64,000 nt of DNA, taken from contig CAWJGT010000001.1 of assembly GCA_963842525.1 (NCBI GenBank), positions 448,001-512,000 on the forward strand. Reading direction: 5' to 3'. The translations under genes and the position numbers were made by a program. Below the pieces are notes generated by a model. The model did no database searches and had not been told where the DNA came from. It was given only the letters and a program-made list of their open reading frames with translations. The DNA is from an uncultured Holophagales bacterium (GTDB lineage: Bacteria; Acidobacteriota; Thermoanaerobaculia; Multivoradales; UBA5704). Positions 29,945 through 38,794 of this stretch are shown one piece after another. Every line of letters starts with the position of its first letter. The first letter of the stretch is position 1.

Positions 29945-31018
29945 TCACTCCACGATGGGCAACAGCGTCCGGCGCGCCGCCTGCGCCGCTTCCATCCGCA
30001 GCTCCGCCTCGGGATAGACGGCGAGCGGATCGCCCGTCCGCGTGACCGCCGAGCCCGGGCAGAAGCCCAGCAGCATCCCGTCGGAGCCGTAGGACGCGTC
30101 GAGCCTCCGCTTGACGTCGGCCGTCAGGGCGCGCACCTCGCCCAGGGCGGCGTTCCCGCTCCAGATCTCGCGGATCGACTGGTGGTGGAGGTTGCCCACC
30201 GGCCGGCGCCACTGCACGCAGGGGTAGACGTTGCCGTAGGGATCGATCGCCACGCCCGCCGAGCCGGCGCCGCAGTGCTTCTCGACCGGCACCGGCATGG
30301 TGCCATCGTCGCCTCCGCGGGCCAGGATGGGCACCGTGCCGGCCGCCCGGCGCGCCCGTTGCGTCTGCACCGCGAACAGCCGTGCGACCCCGTCGCGGGT
30401 CGGCGCGATCGAGAGCGGCTCGCGGTCGCCGTCGTCGCGCGGCGTCACCTCGGGGTCGATCTGCAGGAGGACGCCCAGGGAGTCGGCGAGGTCGAGCATC
30501 CCTTCGACCTCGTCCTGGTTCCACACGGTCAGGGTGCTGTTGAGCTTGATCCGCAGCCCCAGGCCCTGCGCCTCGCGCAGGTTGGCCAGGAGCCGGTCGA
30601 AGCTGCCCGGGACGCGGGTCTGCCGGTCGTGGGTGGCCGCGGTCGCGCCGTGCAGGCTGGACTCGACCAGGAAGGGATCGACCTCGTCGCGCAGGCGGCG
30701 CGCCATCTCGCCGCGCAGGGCGTGCCCGTTCGTCTTGACGCGCACGACGAACCCGAGCTCGCGCGCGCGGCCTCCCAGGCGCAGGAAGTCCGGGTGGGCG
30801 AGCGGCTCGCCGCCCGAGAGGGTGAGGTGGAGGACGCCGAGGTCCGCCAGCTCCTGGAAGAGGTCGAGGTACTGCCCGGTGCGCAACGGCTCGCCGCGCA
30901 GGCCCAGGTCGTTGTAGCAAAAGAAGCAGTCGAGGTTGCAGCGGTAGGTCAGCTCGACGAGGACCGAGAACAGGCGGTTCTCGCGCCAGGTCTTTTGCAG
31001 GACGTCCTCGAACCGCAT
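29945..31018 (-). CDS. Radical SAM peptide maturase with reduced SPASM/twitch domain
   Basis: ELTYRCNLDCFFCY, SGGEPL, KTNG, SLHGA...HD; C-terminal CGAG...IDPYGNVYPC...GNL and FCPG. Confidence 0.93.
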   Translation of the reverse strand: MRFEDVLQKTWRENRLFSVLVELTYRCNLDCFFCYNDLGLRGEPLRTGQYLDLFQELADLGVLHLTLSGGEPLAHPDFLRLGGRARELGFVVRVKTNGHALRGEMARRLRDEVDPFLVESSLHGATAATHDRQTRVPGSFDRLLANLREAQGLGLRIKLNSTLTVWNQDEVEGMLDLADSLGVLLQIDPEVTPRDDGDREPLSIAPTRDGVARLFAVQTQRARRAAGTVPILARGGDDGTMPVPVEKHCGAGSAGVAIDPYGNVYPCVQWRRPVGNLHHQSIREIWSGNAALGEVRALTADVKRRLDASYGSDGMLLGFCPGSAVTRTGDPLAVYPEAELRMEAAQAARRTLLPIVE

Positions 31019-31022
31019 CGAA

Positions 31023-31301
31023 TCACGCTACCAGCATGCCCTCGGCCGCCAGCTCGGCGGCGAAGGCGATCACGTCCCGCTCCAGGCAGTCGGGGTCGGC
31101 GTCATACTCGCCGGCCAGCACCTCCAGCCAGCCGCGCACGGAGCTGCTGCCATCCGCCAGCTCCAGGAGACGGGCCGCCAGGTCGTTGAAGACCAGGACC
31201 TCCGCCGCGCTCTGGCGGACGACCACGGCCTCGCCGTCGATGCGGCGGAAGCGCAGATCGGGAGCACGTCTCAGGATGCTGCCTACTTCGACGGGAACCA
31301 T
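31023..31301 (-). CDS. PqqD family RiPP recognition element
   Basis: RRIDGEAVVV, FNDLAARLLELADG, L..EYD.D...ERDV..F..EL..EGML; ATG at 31301. Confidence 0.9.
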   Translation of the reverse strand: MVPVEVGSILRRAPDLRFRRIDGEAVVVRQSAAEVLVFNDLAARLLELADGSSSVRGWLEVLAGEYDADPDCLERDVIAFAAELAAEGMLVA

Positions 31302-32218
31302 TTGTCGTGCAGTATAGACCAGAAGCCTCCGCGCAGAGAGACCTCCAGGGCCCAGGCGGGCGGAGCCTCTCCTGCCGGAAGGAGCCGGAGCAGGCCGGCG
31401 AGCAGGGCCTCGCGCCGGTGCGGATCGGCGTTGACGAACGGCGAGCAGGAGAGGAGCAGCGCCGTGGCCTCGGCGCGGCCGAGCGGGCGGAGCGCGTCGT
31501 GGGGGCTCTTTTCGAGGCGGAAGAGCGCGCCGAGAGGCAGCGGGGGAGCCGGCTCCCCCGCATCCCCCAGGTCGCCGGTGAACGGCAGCGGCTCCACCAC
31601 CGGCCGGCCTGCCGCCAGCCGCAGGGCGTTCAAGTCGTCGGAGAGCACCGTGGCGCCGCGCTCCAGCGCCATCCGGGAGAGGGTAGTCTTGCCCGCGCCC
31701 GAGCGGCCGAGGAAGAGGAAGCCGAGGCCATGGACTGCAATTCCGGCGGCGTGCAGGACCGCGCCGCCCTGCTCGTGCAGGCGGTAGGCGACGAGGACGC
31801 GGAAGAAGTTCTCGAACATCCCTGCAAAGGCTTCGCCTTCGTCCGCCGTCCACAGCGCGCCGGCGAGGTCGGGCCGCCAGTCGAGCCTCCCCACCAGGCG
31901 GATGCCCGCCAGACGCACCGACGCGGGCGTGAAGTCGAAATCGAGCCCGTACTCCCAGCCGCGCACGTCGACCTCGCGGAACTCTTCCTTGGAGATGCGG
32001 AAGAGGACGGTCTCGACGGCCTTCTCGGGCCAGGGCGGGGACAGGAGCCAGCCGCCGAAGCGGTGCCGCACCGCCTCCTCCTGGAGGGCGCTCAGCCCGG
32101 CGCAGCGGTAGGGGCCGCCGGGCAGGGCGAGGGCCACCTCGCGGTCGCCCCAGGGCTCGCCGCTCCGCCGGGCCGGGAACAGGTCGGGGTTGACCAGGAA
32201 GGCGGCGCCGAAGCTCAT
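31283..32218 (-). CDS. HprK-related P-loop kinase (ScmC-like)
   Basis: LHAAGI, FLFLGRSGAGKTT (Walker A), LSDD, LPFTGD. Confidence 0.8.
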   Translation of the reverse strand: MSFGAAFLVNPDLFPARRSGEPWGDREVALALPGGPYRCAGLSALQEEAVRHRFGGWLLSPPWPEKAVETVLFRISKEEFREVDVRGWEYGLDFDFTPASVRLAGIRLVGRLDWRPDLAGALWTADEGEAFAGMFENFFRVLVAYRLHEQGGAVLHAAGIAVHGLGFLFLGRSGAGKTTLSRMALERGATVLSDDLNALRLAAGRPVVEPLPFTGDLGDAGEPAPPLPLGALFRLEKSPHDALRPLGRAEATALLLSCSPFVNADPHRREALLAGLLRLLPAGEAPPAWALEVSLRGGFWSILHDKWFPSK

Positions 32219-32231
32219 CCGGTCCCAGGGG

Positions 32232-32636
32232 TCAGTGGGCAGTCAGGCGGCGGAGGGCGTGCCGAAGGTACTCCAGGGCGGCCCGCAGGCGCAGGACCGG
32301 GCCGGCGCCGGGTCCGGCCACCCGGCCGAGCACCCCGTCGAGCGGCACGGGGAAGTCGCGGCACGCGCAGCCGTCTCCCCGCGTGACACAGGCGAGCCGG
32401 CCTGCGTGCAGCCGGTAGCCGAGGAACCGGTGCACCCGCAGCCGTCCGTCGGAGGACCGGAAGACGAGGACGTCGCCCGGCCAGTAGAGCCGGGCCGGCG
32501 CCACCTCGACGCGGTCGCCGTCCGCCAGGCGGGGGGCCATGCAGCCGCCCCGGACCGTCACCTCGACCGGCCGCTCGCGCGCCATCGCGCGGAGCGTGGC
32601 GAAGACCTCGGGCGAGTCCGGGATTCCGGAGCGCAT
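32232..32636 (-). CDS. S24/S26-family peptidase with Cys at the catalytic Ser position
   Basis: VRGGCMAPRL.DGD.V.V, GDVLVF, VHR, TRGD. Confidence 0.8.
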   Translation of the reverse strand: MRSGIPDSPEVFATLRAMARERPVEVTVRGGCMAPRLADGDRVEVAPARLYWPGDVLVFRSSDGRLRVHRFLGYRLHAGRLACVTRGDGCACRDFPVPLDGVLGRVAGPGAGPVLRLRAALEYLRHALRRLTAH

Positions 32637-32674
32637 GGATGCATTGTAAACGGCGGGCCGGATCTCGCGGACGC

Positions 32675-33130
32675 TCACGGCGCGCGGAATTCTTCGGGTA
32701 TGGAAGGGGCGAGGCGCGGGTCGAGCCGCAGGGCGAGCCCGTAATTGTGGACGGCTTCCTCGGTCCGGCCCTGGCGGGCGTAGGCATGGCCGAGGCCGAG
32801 GTAGATCTCCGGCCGGGGCTCGATCGCCTCGGCCTCCCGGTAGGCTTCGGCGGCAGCCTCGTAGTTGCGGAACAGGAGCTGGAGCTCGCCGCGCGCCATC
32901 GGGATCTTGACCTCCACCGGATCGAGCTCCTGCGCACCGCGGAGGGCCTGGAGCCCGCCCGCCAGCAGCGCGAGGGGAGCCCGGCCCCGGCTGGACGCCG
33001 CGACGGCTAGCTGCTCTACCCCCCGGAGCTGGCGGCTCGCCGCCATGGCGGACCGCCAGCGGACGGTCTGTGCGGCGAGGGCCGCCGCCAGGACGATCAG
33101 GGCGATCCAGGCCAGGGTCCGGCCCTTCAT
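32675..33130 (-). CDS. Membrane-anchored TPR protein
   Basis: N-terminal TM; AQELDP, YREAEAIEP, LGLGHAY, ALRLDP. Confidence 0.82.
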   Translation of the reverse strand: MKGRTLAWIALIVLAAALAAQTVRWRSAMAASRQLRGVEQLAVAASSRGRAPLALLAGGLQALRGAQELDPVEVKIPMARGELQLLFRNYEAAAEAYREAEAIEPRPEIYLGLGHAYARQGRTEEAVHNYGLALRLDPRLAPSIPEEFRAP

Positions 33131-34524
33131 GCCTCCTCCTCCTCGCGGTCGCCCCGGCGGAAGACCCAGCTCAGGAAGAGCAGCGCGGGGAACGCGATCA
33201 GCGCGACCCGGAAGGGAAAATGCACCAGGCAGAGCACGGCGAGAGCCGCCGTGCCGGACCATGCGAGCGCGCTGTCATTGCGGCGGCGGTCCGGGGCGCG
33301 CGCTCCGCGGCGCAGCGCGACGAGGAGCGTCCAGAGCCCCCAGCCCAGGGCGGCGAGGCCGGGGATCCCCCACTCCGCGGCCACCTCCAGCGCCTCGTTG
33401 TGGGCGTTGGCGAACACGGGCTGCACCTGGCGGGTGAAGAACGGGGCCCCGCGGTCGAGCAGGGCCAGCTTGGCGGGCACGAACTCGGGGAGGTAGGCGC
33501 CGTGGCCGACGCCGGTCCAGGGATGCTCGCGGAACATCCAGACCGCCGCCCGCCAGCCGTCGAGCCGTCCGGTGAGCACCGCGTCCCAGCTCCCCTCCCG
33601 GGCCTGCTGCACCTTGACGGCGATGCGGCTGCGCAGCGGCGCCACGGCGAGCACCAGGACGAGCGCCAGGGCGGCGCCGCTGCCGAAGACCGCGACGGCC
33701 CAACGGCGTGGCAGGATCAGGGCCCAGAGGAGGGCGCTCCCCAGGGCGAGGGCGGCCAGCGCCGCCAGGGTCTGGGTGAGGGCGATGGCATAGACGCAGA
33801 GCGCCAGCGCCACGACAGTCCCCCAACGCGCCTTGCCCATCGCGCCGCGGGCCAGAGACCATTGAGCGATCAGCGCCGGGAGCACCAGGTAGGCCGCCAG
33901 GTCGCCCGGGTTGCCCGCCAGCGACGTGACGGACAGCCGCGGGTCATAGGCGACCCCTACCAGCTCCAGCGGTTGGAACAGCCGGTGGAACTGGAGGATG
34001 CCCAGGAGCCCCAGGGCCGCGGCCGGCCAGAGCAGGACGCGCAGCAGGCGCTCCAGCCGGTCCTCGTCCAGCGCCAGGCTCCAACCCACCAGTGCGACAG
34101 CGCCGATCCAGAGGTCGGCCAGCGCTTCGCGCACGTGGAGCGGGTGGTCGCTGGTCCACCACCCCAGCGAGGCGACCAGCAGCGCCGGCACGACCGCCCG
34201 CACGGCGCCGTGGCGCCAGACGTCGGCCAGGCGGACCTCCGCTGCCTTGCGCAGGCGCCAGCTCAGGAGGAGGACCGAGGCCAGCGCCAGCCATTCGCTG
34301 ACCATCAGCTTGGGGAGGCGGAACGACTCGTCGGCGGTCGGCGCCAGCAGGAACGGCGGCACCAGGATCGTCAGCCAGACCGCCAGCACGCCCAGCCGCT
34401 CGAGCCGCGACGTCCGGAGCTCGGGGACCGGCCGCGGGGCCGCGCCCGTCCGGTGTCCTCGGGAGGGTTTCACGGCAGTCTGTGCGGTGGCGGCGCGCCG
34501 GGCGGGCTTGCGAGACGGCTTCAC
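33127..34524 (-). CDS. O-antigen ligase / O-oligosaccharyltransferase (Wzy_C) family protein
   Basis: Multi-TM; SLAGNPG, R...W..A..MF..HPWTGVG.G, NAHNEALEVAAEWGIPG; start uncertain (34524 or 34557). Confidence 0.9.
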   Translation of the reverse strand: MKPSRKPARRAATAQTAVKPSRGHRTGAAPRPVPELRTSRLERLGVLAVWLTILVPPFLLAPTADESFRLPKLMVSEWLALASVLLLSWRLRKAAEVRLADVWRHGAVRAVVPALLVASLGWWTSDHPLHVREALADLWIGAVALVGWSLALDEDRLERLLRVLLWPAAALGLLGILQFHRLFQPLELVGVAYDPRLSVTSLAGNPGDLAAYLVLPALIAQWSLARGAMGKARWGTVVALALCVYAIALTQTLAALAALALGSALLWALILPRRWAVAVFGSGAALALVLVLAVAPLRSRIAVKVQQAREGSWDAVLTGRLDGWRAAVWMFREHPWTGVGHGAYLPEFVPAKLALLDRGAPFFTRQVQPVFANAHNEALEVAAEWGIPGLAALGWGLWTLLVALRRGARAPDRRRNDSALAWSGTAALAVLCLVHFPFRVALIAFPALLFLSWVFRRGDREEEEA

Positions 34525-34601
34525 AGCGGGGGGAGTATATCCCGGCCCCCTCGGCAACCGCGGTTGGGCGTGGTCGAACGAGGGGGCCGGGCGGGAGGGC
34601 G

Positions 34602-35177
34602 TTACGGCTGCGGCGGGCGCCGATATCCGTCCCGGTCGTGATCGTCGTCCCGGTCGCGGTCGTAGCGGCCGTCATACCGTCCATTCCGGCCGCCGCGGTA
34701 GCGGCCTCCCCGGCGCGAGTAGTCGTCATAGCGGCCGTAATAGCGGGTCAGCTCGGAGAGGATGCCTCCGATCTGGTCGAGGCCGCGCTCGACGTAGCTC
34801 CTGCGCCCGGTGTAGCGCAGCGACTCCTCGGCCGCGTAAAAGGCGTCGAGCAGGCGCTGGAAGTCGCGTTCGGTGCTGCGGGGGTCACGGCCGTAACCAT
34901 CCACCTGACCGCGAAAGCGGTCCGCCTGCCGCTCGAGCTCGTGCAGGCGGATGGCCACCCGCTCCTCGTTGCGGTCCGGCCGCCGGTTGTTACGTTCGAA
35001 CTCCCGGTGGACATAGGTCGTGGTGTGCTCGAGCTGAGAGGCGAGCTCGGCCACGCGCCTCATGTCCGTGCGGCCCGGATAGCGTCCATACCGGTCATCC
35101 TGGCGGTCGGCGCTCCAGGCGGCCGGGGGCAGGGTGAAAGCGAGAAGTGCGGAGGTCAACAAAATCGTACGTCTCAT
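34602..35177 (-). CDS. Secreted Arg/Asp/Tyr-rich hypothetical protein
   Basis: AAGGAG RBS; signal peptide MRRTILLTSALLAFTLPPAAWSA. Confidence 0.8.
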   Translation of the reverse strand: MRRTILLTSALLAFTLPPAAWSADRQDDRYGRYPGRTDMRRVAELASQLEHTTTYVHREFERNNRRPDRNEERVAIRLHELERQADRFRGQVDGYGRDPRSTERDFQRLLDAFYAAEESLRYTGRRSYVERGLDQIGGILSELTRYYGRYDDYSRRGGRYRGGRNGRYDGRYDRDRDDDHDRDGYRRPPQP

Positions 35178-35700
35178 GGGTTTTCTCCTTGGTTGAAGCC
35201 TCGGAGCCTCTCCTAAGGCAAAGCGGATGCCATATCGCAGGATGCTTGAAAACAAAAGAGTTACCGGGATGGAGCGTGCGCGCGGGGGTGGCTGTTGTCT
35301 CCTGGAAAGGACGGTTTGACCTCCGCGCGCATCTGGACTGCTAGGCTCCCGCGCCCGGCAGCCGTAACAGACCTGGGAAGGGCATACGCGCTAACTTTGC
35401 TCTGGGTGTGGAGGGAGCCGCCGACCGCTGAAGCGGGCGGGCGCGATCCTCGACAGCCGCTTCCCGAAACCATCCTCCTGACCGTCTGAAATGCTGGGGA
35501 GACCCGTCCTCTGAGCTGGGGGAGCGGGCTCTGAGTTGGGGGAGGCCCGCCCCAGACAGACACGGGGCGCCGGCTCTGAGTTGGGGGTGAGCCCCCCTGC
35601 CTGGGGGAGCGTTCCCCCAGGCCAGATGCGCTCCCCCCCAACCCGGCCGTGTGCTGTCCCTGCGGTGTGGCCTTTCGACTCAGGTAGAATTCCTTCATCC

Positions 35701-38464
35701 ATGCCTGGAGCCAAGACCTTCGACGTCTTTCTCAGCCACAACAGCAAGGACAAGACCGCCGTCCTCGAGCTGGCGGAGTCACTGCGGCGCCGGAAGCTGA
35801 AGGTCTGGTTGGACGTGTGGGAGCTGCGGCCTGGGCAGCTCTGGCAGAAGGCCCTGGAAGCGGCCATCGCGAGCATCCGTTCGGCCGCCATCCTCGTTGG
35901 GAAGGACGGTCTGGGTCCCTGGGAAGACCAGGAGATGGATGCATTTCTGCGGAGGTTCGTGAAACGCACTGCCGACAGCGTCATTCCCGTTCTGCTGCCC
36001 GGCGCCCCGGAAAGGGTCGAGCTGCCACTGTTCCTTGAAGGCTTCACCTGGGTCGACCTCAGAGAGGGCCTGATTCCCGCGAAGCTGGACACATTGGTCT
36101 GGGGGATCACCGGCCGCAAACCAAAGCCGCTCCGCGTTGGTCTTCCTCCCCCCTCTCCCGGTGGACGGGGGGGCGATGGGAGAGGGGGGGCAGGGGGGTG
36201 AGGATCCCGACCTCGCCGCCTACCGGGCCTGGGCACTGGACCGCTATCGCGGCCTGAGCCTGATCGGCCTCGGGGCGGCCGACGTCCGGATGCGTTTCGA
36301 GGTGGTCTACGTACCGCTGCGGATCGCCCGCCGGCCGGGCCGCTTCGAGATGGAAGTCGAGACCGGAAAGCGGCCCGGCCGCGGCCTGGGAGCGGCGGGC
36401 TCCGACGAGATCGAGATCGAAGAGATCTTCGCGACCGGCGTGCCGCACTCGCTGGTTCTTGGCCACCCGGGAGCCGGCAAGACGACGTCGCTCCTGAAGC
36501 TCCTCCACCTCTGTCTCGCCGAGGGTCCGAAGCCTCGGAGCTTGGCAGAGGGCACCGTGCCGGTTCTCCTCCGGCTGCGGCACCTCACCGCCGCGGACCT
36601 TGACCGCCCGCTGGCCGATTTCGCCGAGCGCGAGCTGGCCGAGACTTCCGGCGGCGCTCTGCCGGCCGGACTCGGCACCCGCCTATGGGACCGGGGGCGC
36701 CTGCTCCTGCTGCTCGATGGGTTGGACGAGATCGCGGACGAGGCGCTACGCACCCGCGTCTGCGGCTTTCTGGACTTCGCGCTCACCGGCGCCGAGCGGC
36801 GGCACATTCGTGCCATTCTCTCTTGCCGCTTCGCAGGCTATGGGGGGAGGTCCGGTTCGGCGAGCATCCAGGAGTACCTGACGGCGCTCCACATCGCCAG
36901 CCAGGGGGCCGAGTTGCTCGGCGAGCCGTGCGCCCGCTGCGGCGACGAGTGGTGGCACGAAGTCCTGTTGCTGGTGGTGGGGCTGCCAGGCCGGCGGCTC
37001 TTCGGTCCCTTGATGGAGCGGCTGCTCGCCGTGACGGACCTCCCGCAGCGGGAAGACCTGCTGCGCGCCTGCCTCGACGAGGCCGCGGAGGTGGACCTCG
37101 AACCTTTGCTGTCCCGGCTCGTTCCGGAAGAGCCACCGCAGCGTCTGGCCGTGGTATTGCGTCTCCTGCGCGGCCGCTCTGATCCGCGGCTCTTGGAACG
37201 GGTCACACCGCTCATCGAAAGCACGGACGCCGGGGTGGCTGCACTCGCGCGACAGATCGCCGCCGAGCTGAGCCGGCCGGCGGCGGTGGCCAGGCCGGTC
37301 TGCGACCTCTTCGTCGTCCACCACCCGGCCGATGGGGAGAGCGCCTTCGAGTTGGTGCGGGTCCTGCGCCGGGCGGGGCGGCACGTCCTCGTGGCCGGGG
37401 AGGACCCGCTCTCGGAAAACATCGCGGAAGGAACCACTGCTGTGGCCGTGTTGGCCGGCCCGAGCGGTCGTCCACCCTGGGAAGTGAAGGACCTCTACCG
37501 GACCCTTCGCCTCTTCACCCGGCGCCGGAGGCCCCTCGTGCCGGTGCGGCTGCCGGGTGCCGGAACGTTCCCTGCGCCGCCGGGTGACCTCCCGGCTCTG
37601 GACTGGGTCGATCTCCGCCAGGGGTTGGCGCGAGCGGCCGAGGCGTTGGAGCTCGCCCTGGAAAAGAAGCCGGCCATCTTGACGGCACCACCGGCCGGCC
37701 AGCCTTCGGCCGAGCCCGGCCGCACCTGGATCGAGCCGGTCACCGGTATTCGTTTCCTCTGGATTCCGGGTGGGCGGTTCCAGATGGGAGGAAACCGGTT
37801 CCCCGACGAACAGCCTGTTCACTGGGTTCGGGTCTCCCCCTTCTGGCTGGGGGAGACGCCGGTGACCAACCAGCAGTATGCGCTGTTTCTCGATCAGACC
37901 CGCTATCGAGAGCCCGATTTCTGGCGGGACCGGCGCTTCTCCGCCCCGGAGCAGCCGGTGGTCGGCGTGAGCTGGGAGGACGCAGAGGTTTTTTGCGCGT
38001 GGCTCGCGCGCGTTTCTGGCAAGGCCGTGGTCCTGCCCAGCGAGGCGCAGTGGGAATTCGCAGCACGGGGGCCGGACGCACGGGAGTATCCCTGGGGCAA
38101 CGCCGCGCCGGGTGAGACACTGGCCTGTTTCGATCTCGACTTTGAGAAAGGTCAGCCAGCGCCGGTCGGCTCATACCCGGAGGGCCGGGGGCCTTTTGGC
38201 ACGCTGGACCAGGCAGGCAACGTCTGGGAGTGGTGCCTGGACGTTTGGGACGAGAAGGCATATCAGAAGCGCGCAAAGGGAAGGGAGCCCTTGGATCCAG
38301 TGGTCAGTGGCGAAGGGGAAGGGCGGGTGCTTCGGGGCGGCGGCTGTTTCAGCCCCGCGGAGAATCTGCGGGCCGCTTACCGCGACGGGTCCCGCGCCAG
38401 GTTCCGGGACGACGATGTCGGCTTCCGCGTCGCCGCCGCGCCCGCGAGCACCTTGAAGCCTTGA
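35701..38464 (+). CDS. TIR-NACHT-TIR-FGE(C-type lectin) protein, DGR target; frameshift at ~36195 and apparent internal deletion at ~36860
   Basis: TIR (FDVFLSHNSKDK..WLD..PWEDQEM), Walker A GHPGAGKTT, Walker B LLLLDGLDE, degenerate TIR (DLFVVHH..PLVPVRLP..WVDLR), FGE (F.MG, PVTNQQY, PVVGVSW, LPSEAQWE.AAR, GNVWEW, RGG, GFRV). Confidence 0.85.
36148..36203. repeat. Half palindromic element inside the TIR-NACHT linker
   Basis: cccccctctcccggtggacggggggcgatgggagagggggggcaggggggtgagg. Confidence 0.8.
38330..38449 (+). other. DGR variable region + IMH, copy 1
   Basis: Differs from 38801-38920(-) at 18/120 nt, 17 of them at codon positions 1-2; no synonymous changes. Confidence 0.85.
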
Positions 38465-38480
38465 TTCTTGTTTTGGGGGT

Positions 38481-38499
38481 CCAGGGGCGGAGCCCCTGG
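38481..38499 (+). other. DGR-type GC hairpin downstream of IMH, copy 1
   Basis: CCAGGGGC-GGA-GCCCCTGG. Confidence 0.8.
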
Positions 38500-38555
38500 T
38501 CGCTGCACGACCGGGAGAGAGGGTCTTCCGAGAGAGGGGTAGAGGCGGCTTGGGT

Positions 38556-38752
38556 CCTCACCCCCTGTCCCCCTCTCCCATCTCCCACCCTTCCACCCCC
38601 GGGAGAGGGGGGACGCGGTTGATGCACCTGAAGCGAGGCCGGAGCTCGCTTCGGGCGTGTTGACATCGGGCTCGCCGCGGAGGCGCCAGCTACGTCCCCC
38701 CTCTCCCGGCGGGGGGTGGAAGGGAGATGGGAGAGGGGGACAGGGGGTGAGG
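38556..38752. repeat. Palindromic MITE/REP-like element (full copy)
   Basis: 31-nt terminal inverted repeats; preceded by GGGGTAGAGGCGGCTTGGGT. Confidence 0.9.
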
Positions 38753-38753
38753 A

Positions 38754-38772
38754 CCAGGGGCTCCGCCCCTGG
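38754..38772 (-). other. DGR-type GC hairpin, copy 2
   Basis: Reverse complement is CCAGGGGC-GGA-GCCCCTGG. Confidence 0.8.
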
Positions 38773-38794
38773 ACCCCAAACAAAACCCAAAGAA

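Noticed and set aside
25482-30017. 1511-aa ORF taken at face value
   Set aside because: After ~28090 it becomes Arg/Pro/Gly-rich nonsense; the C25 motifs continue in the other frame, ending at 29595.
35290-35700. Possible DGR template repeat or ncRNA upstream of the TIR gene; three short ctctgagYtggggg repeats
   Set aside because: No similarity to the VR, no AAC-rich tract and no convincing fold; left unassigned.
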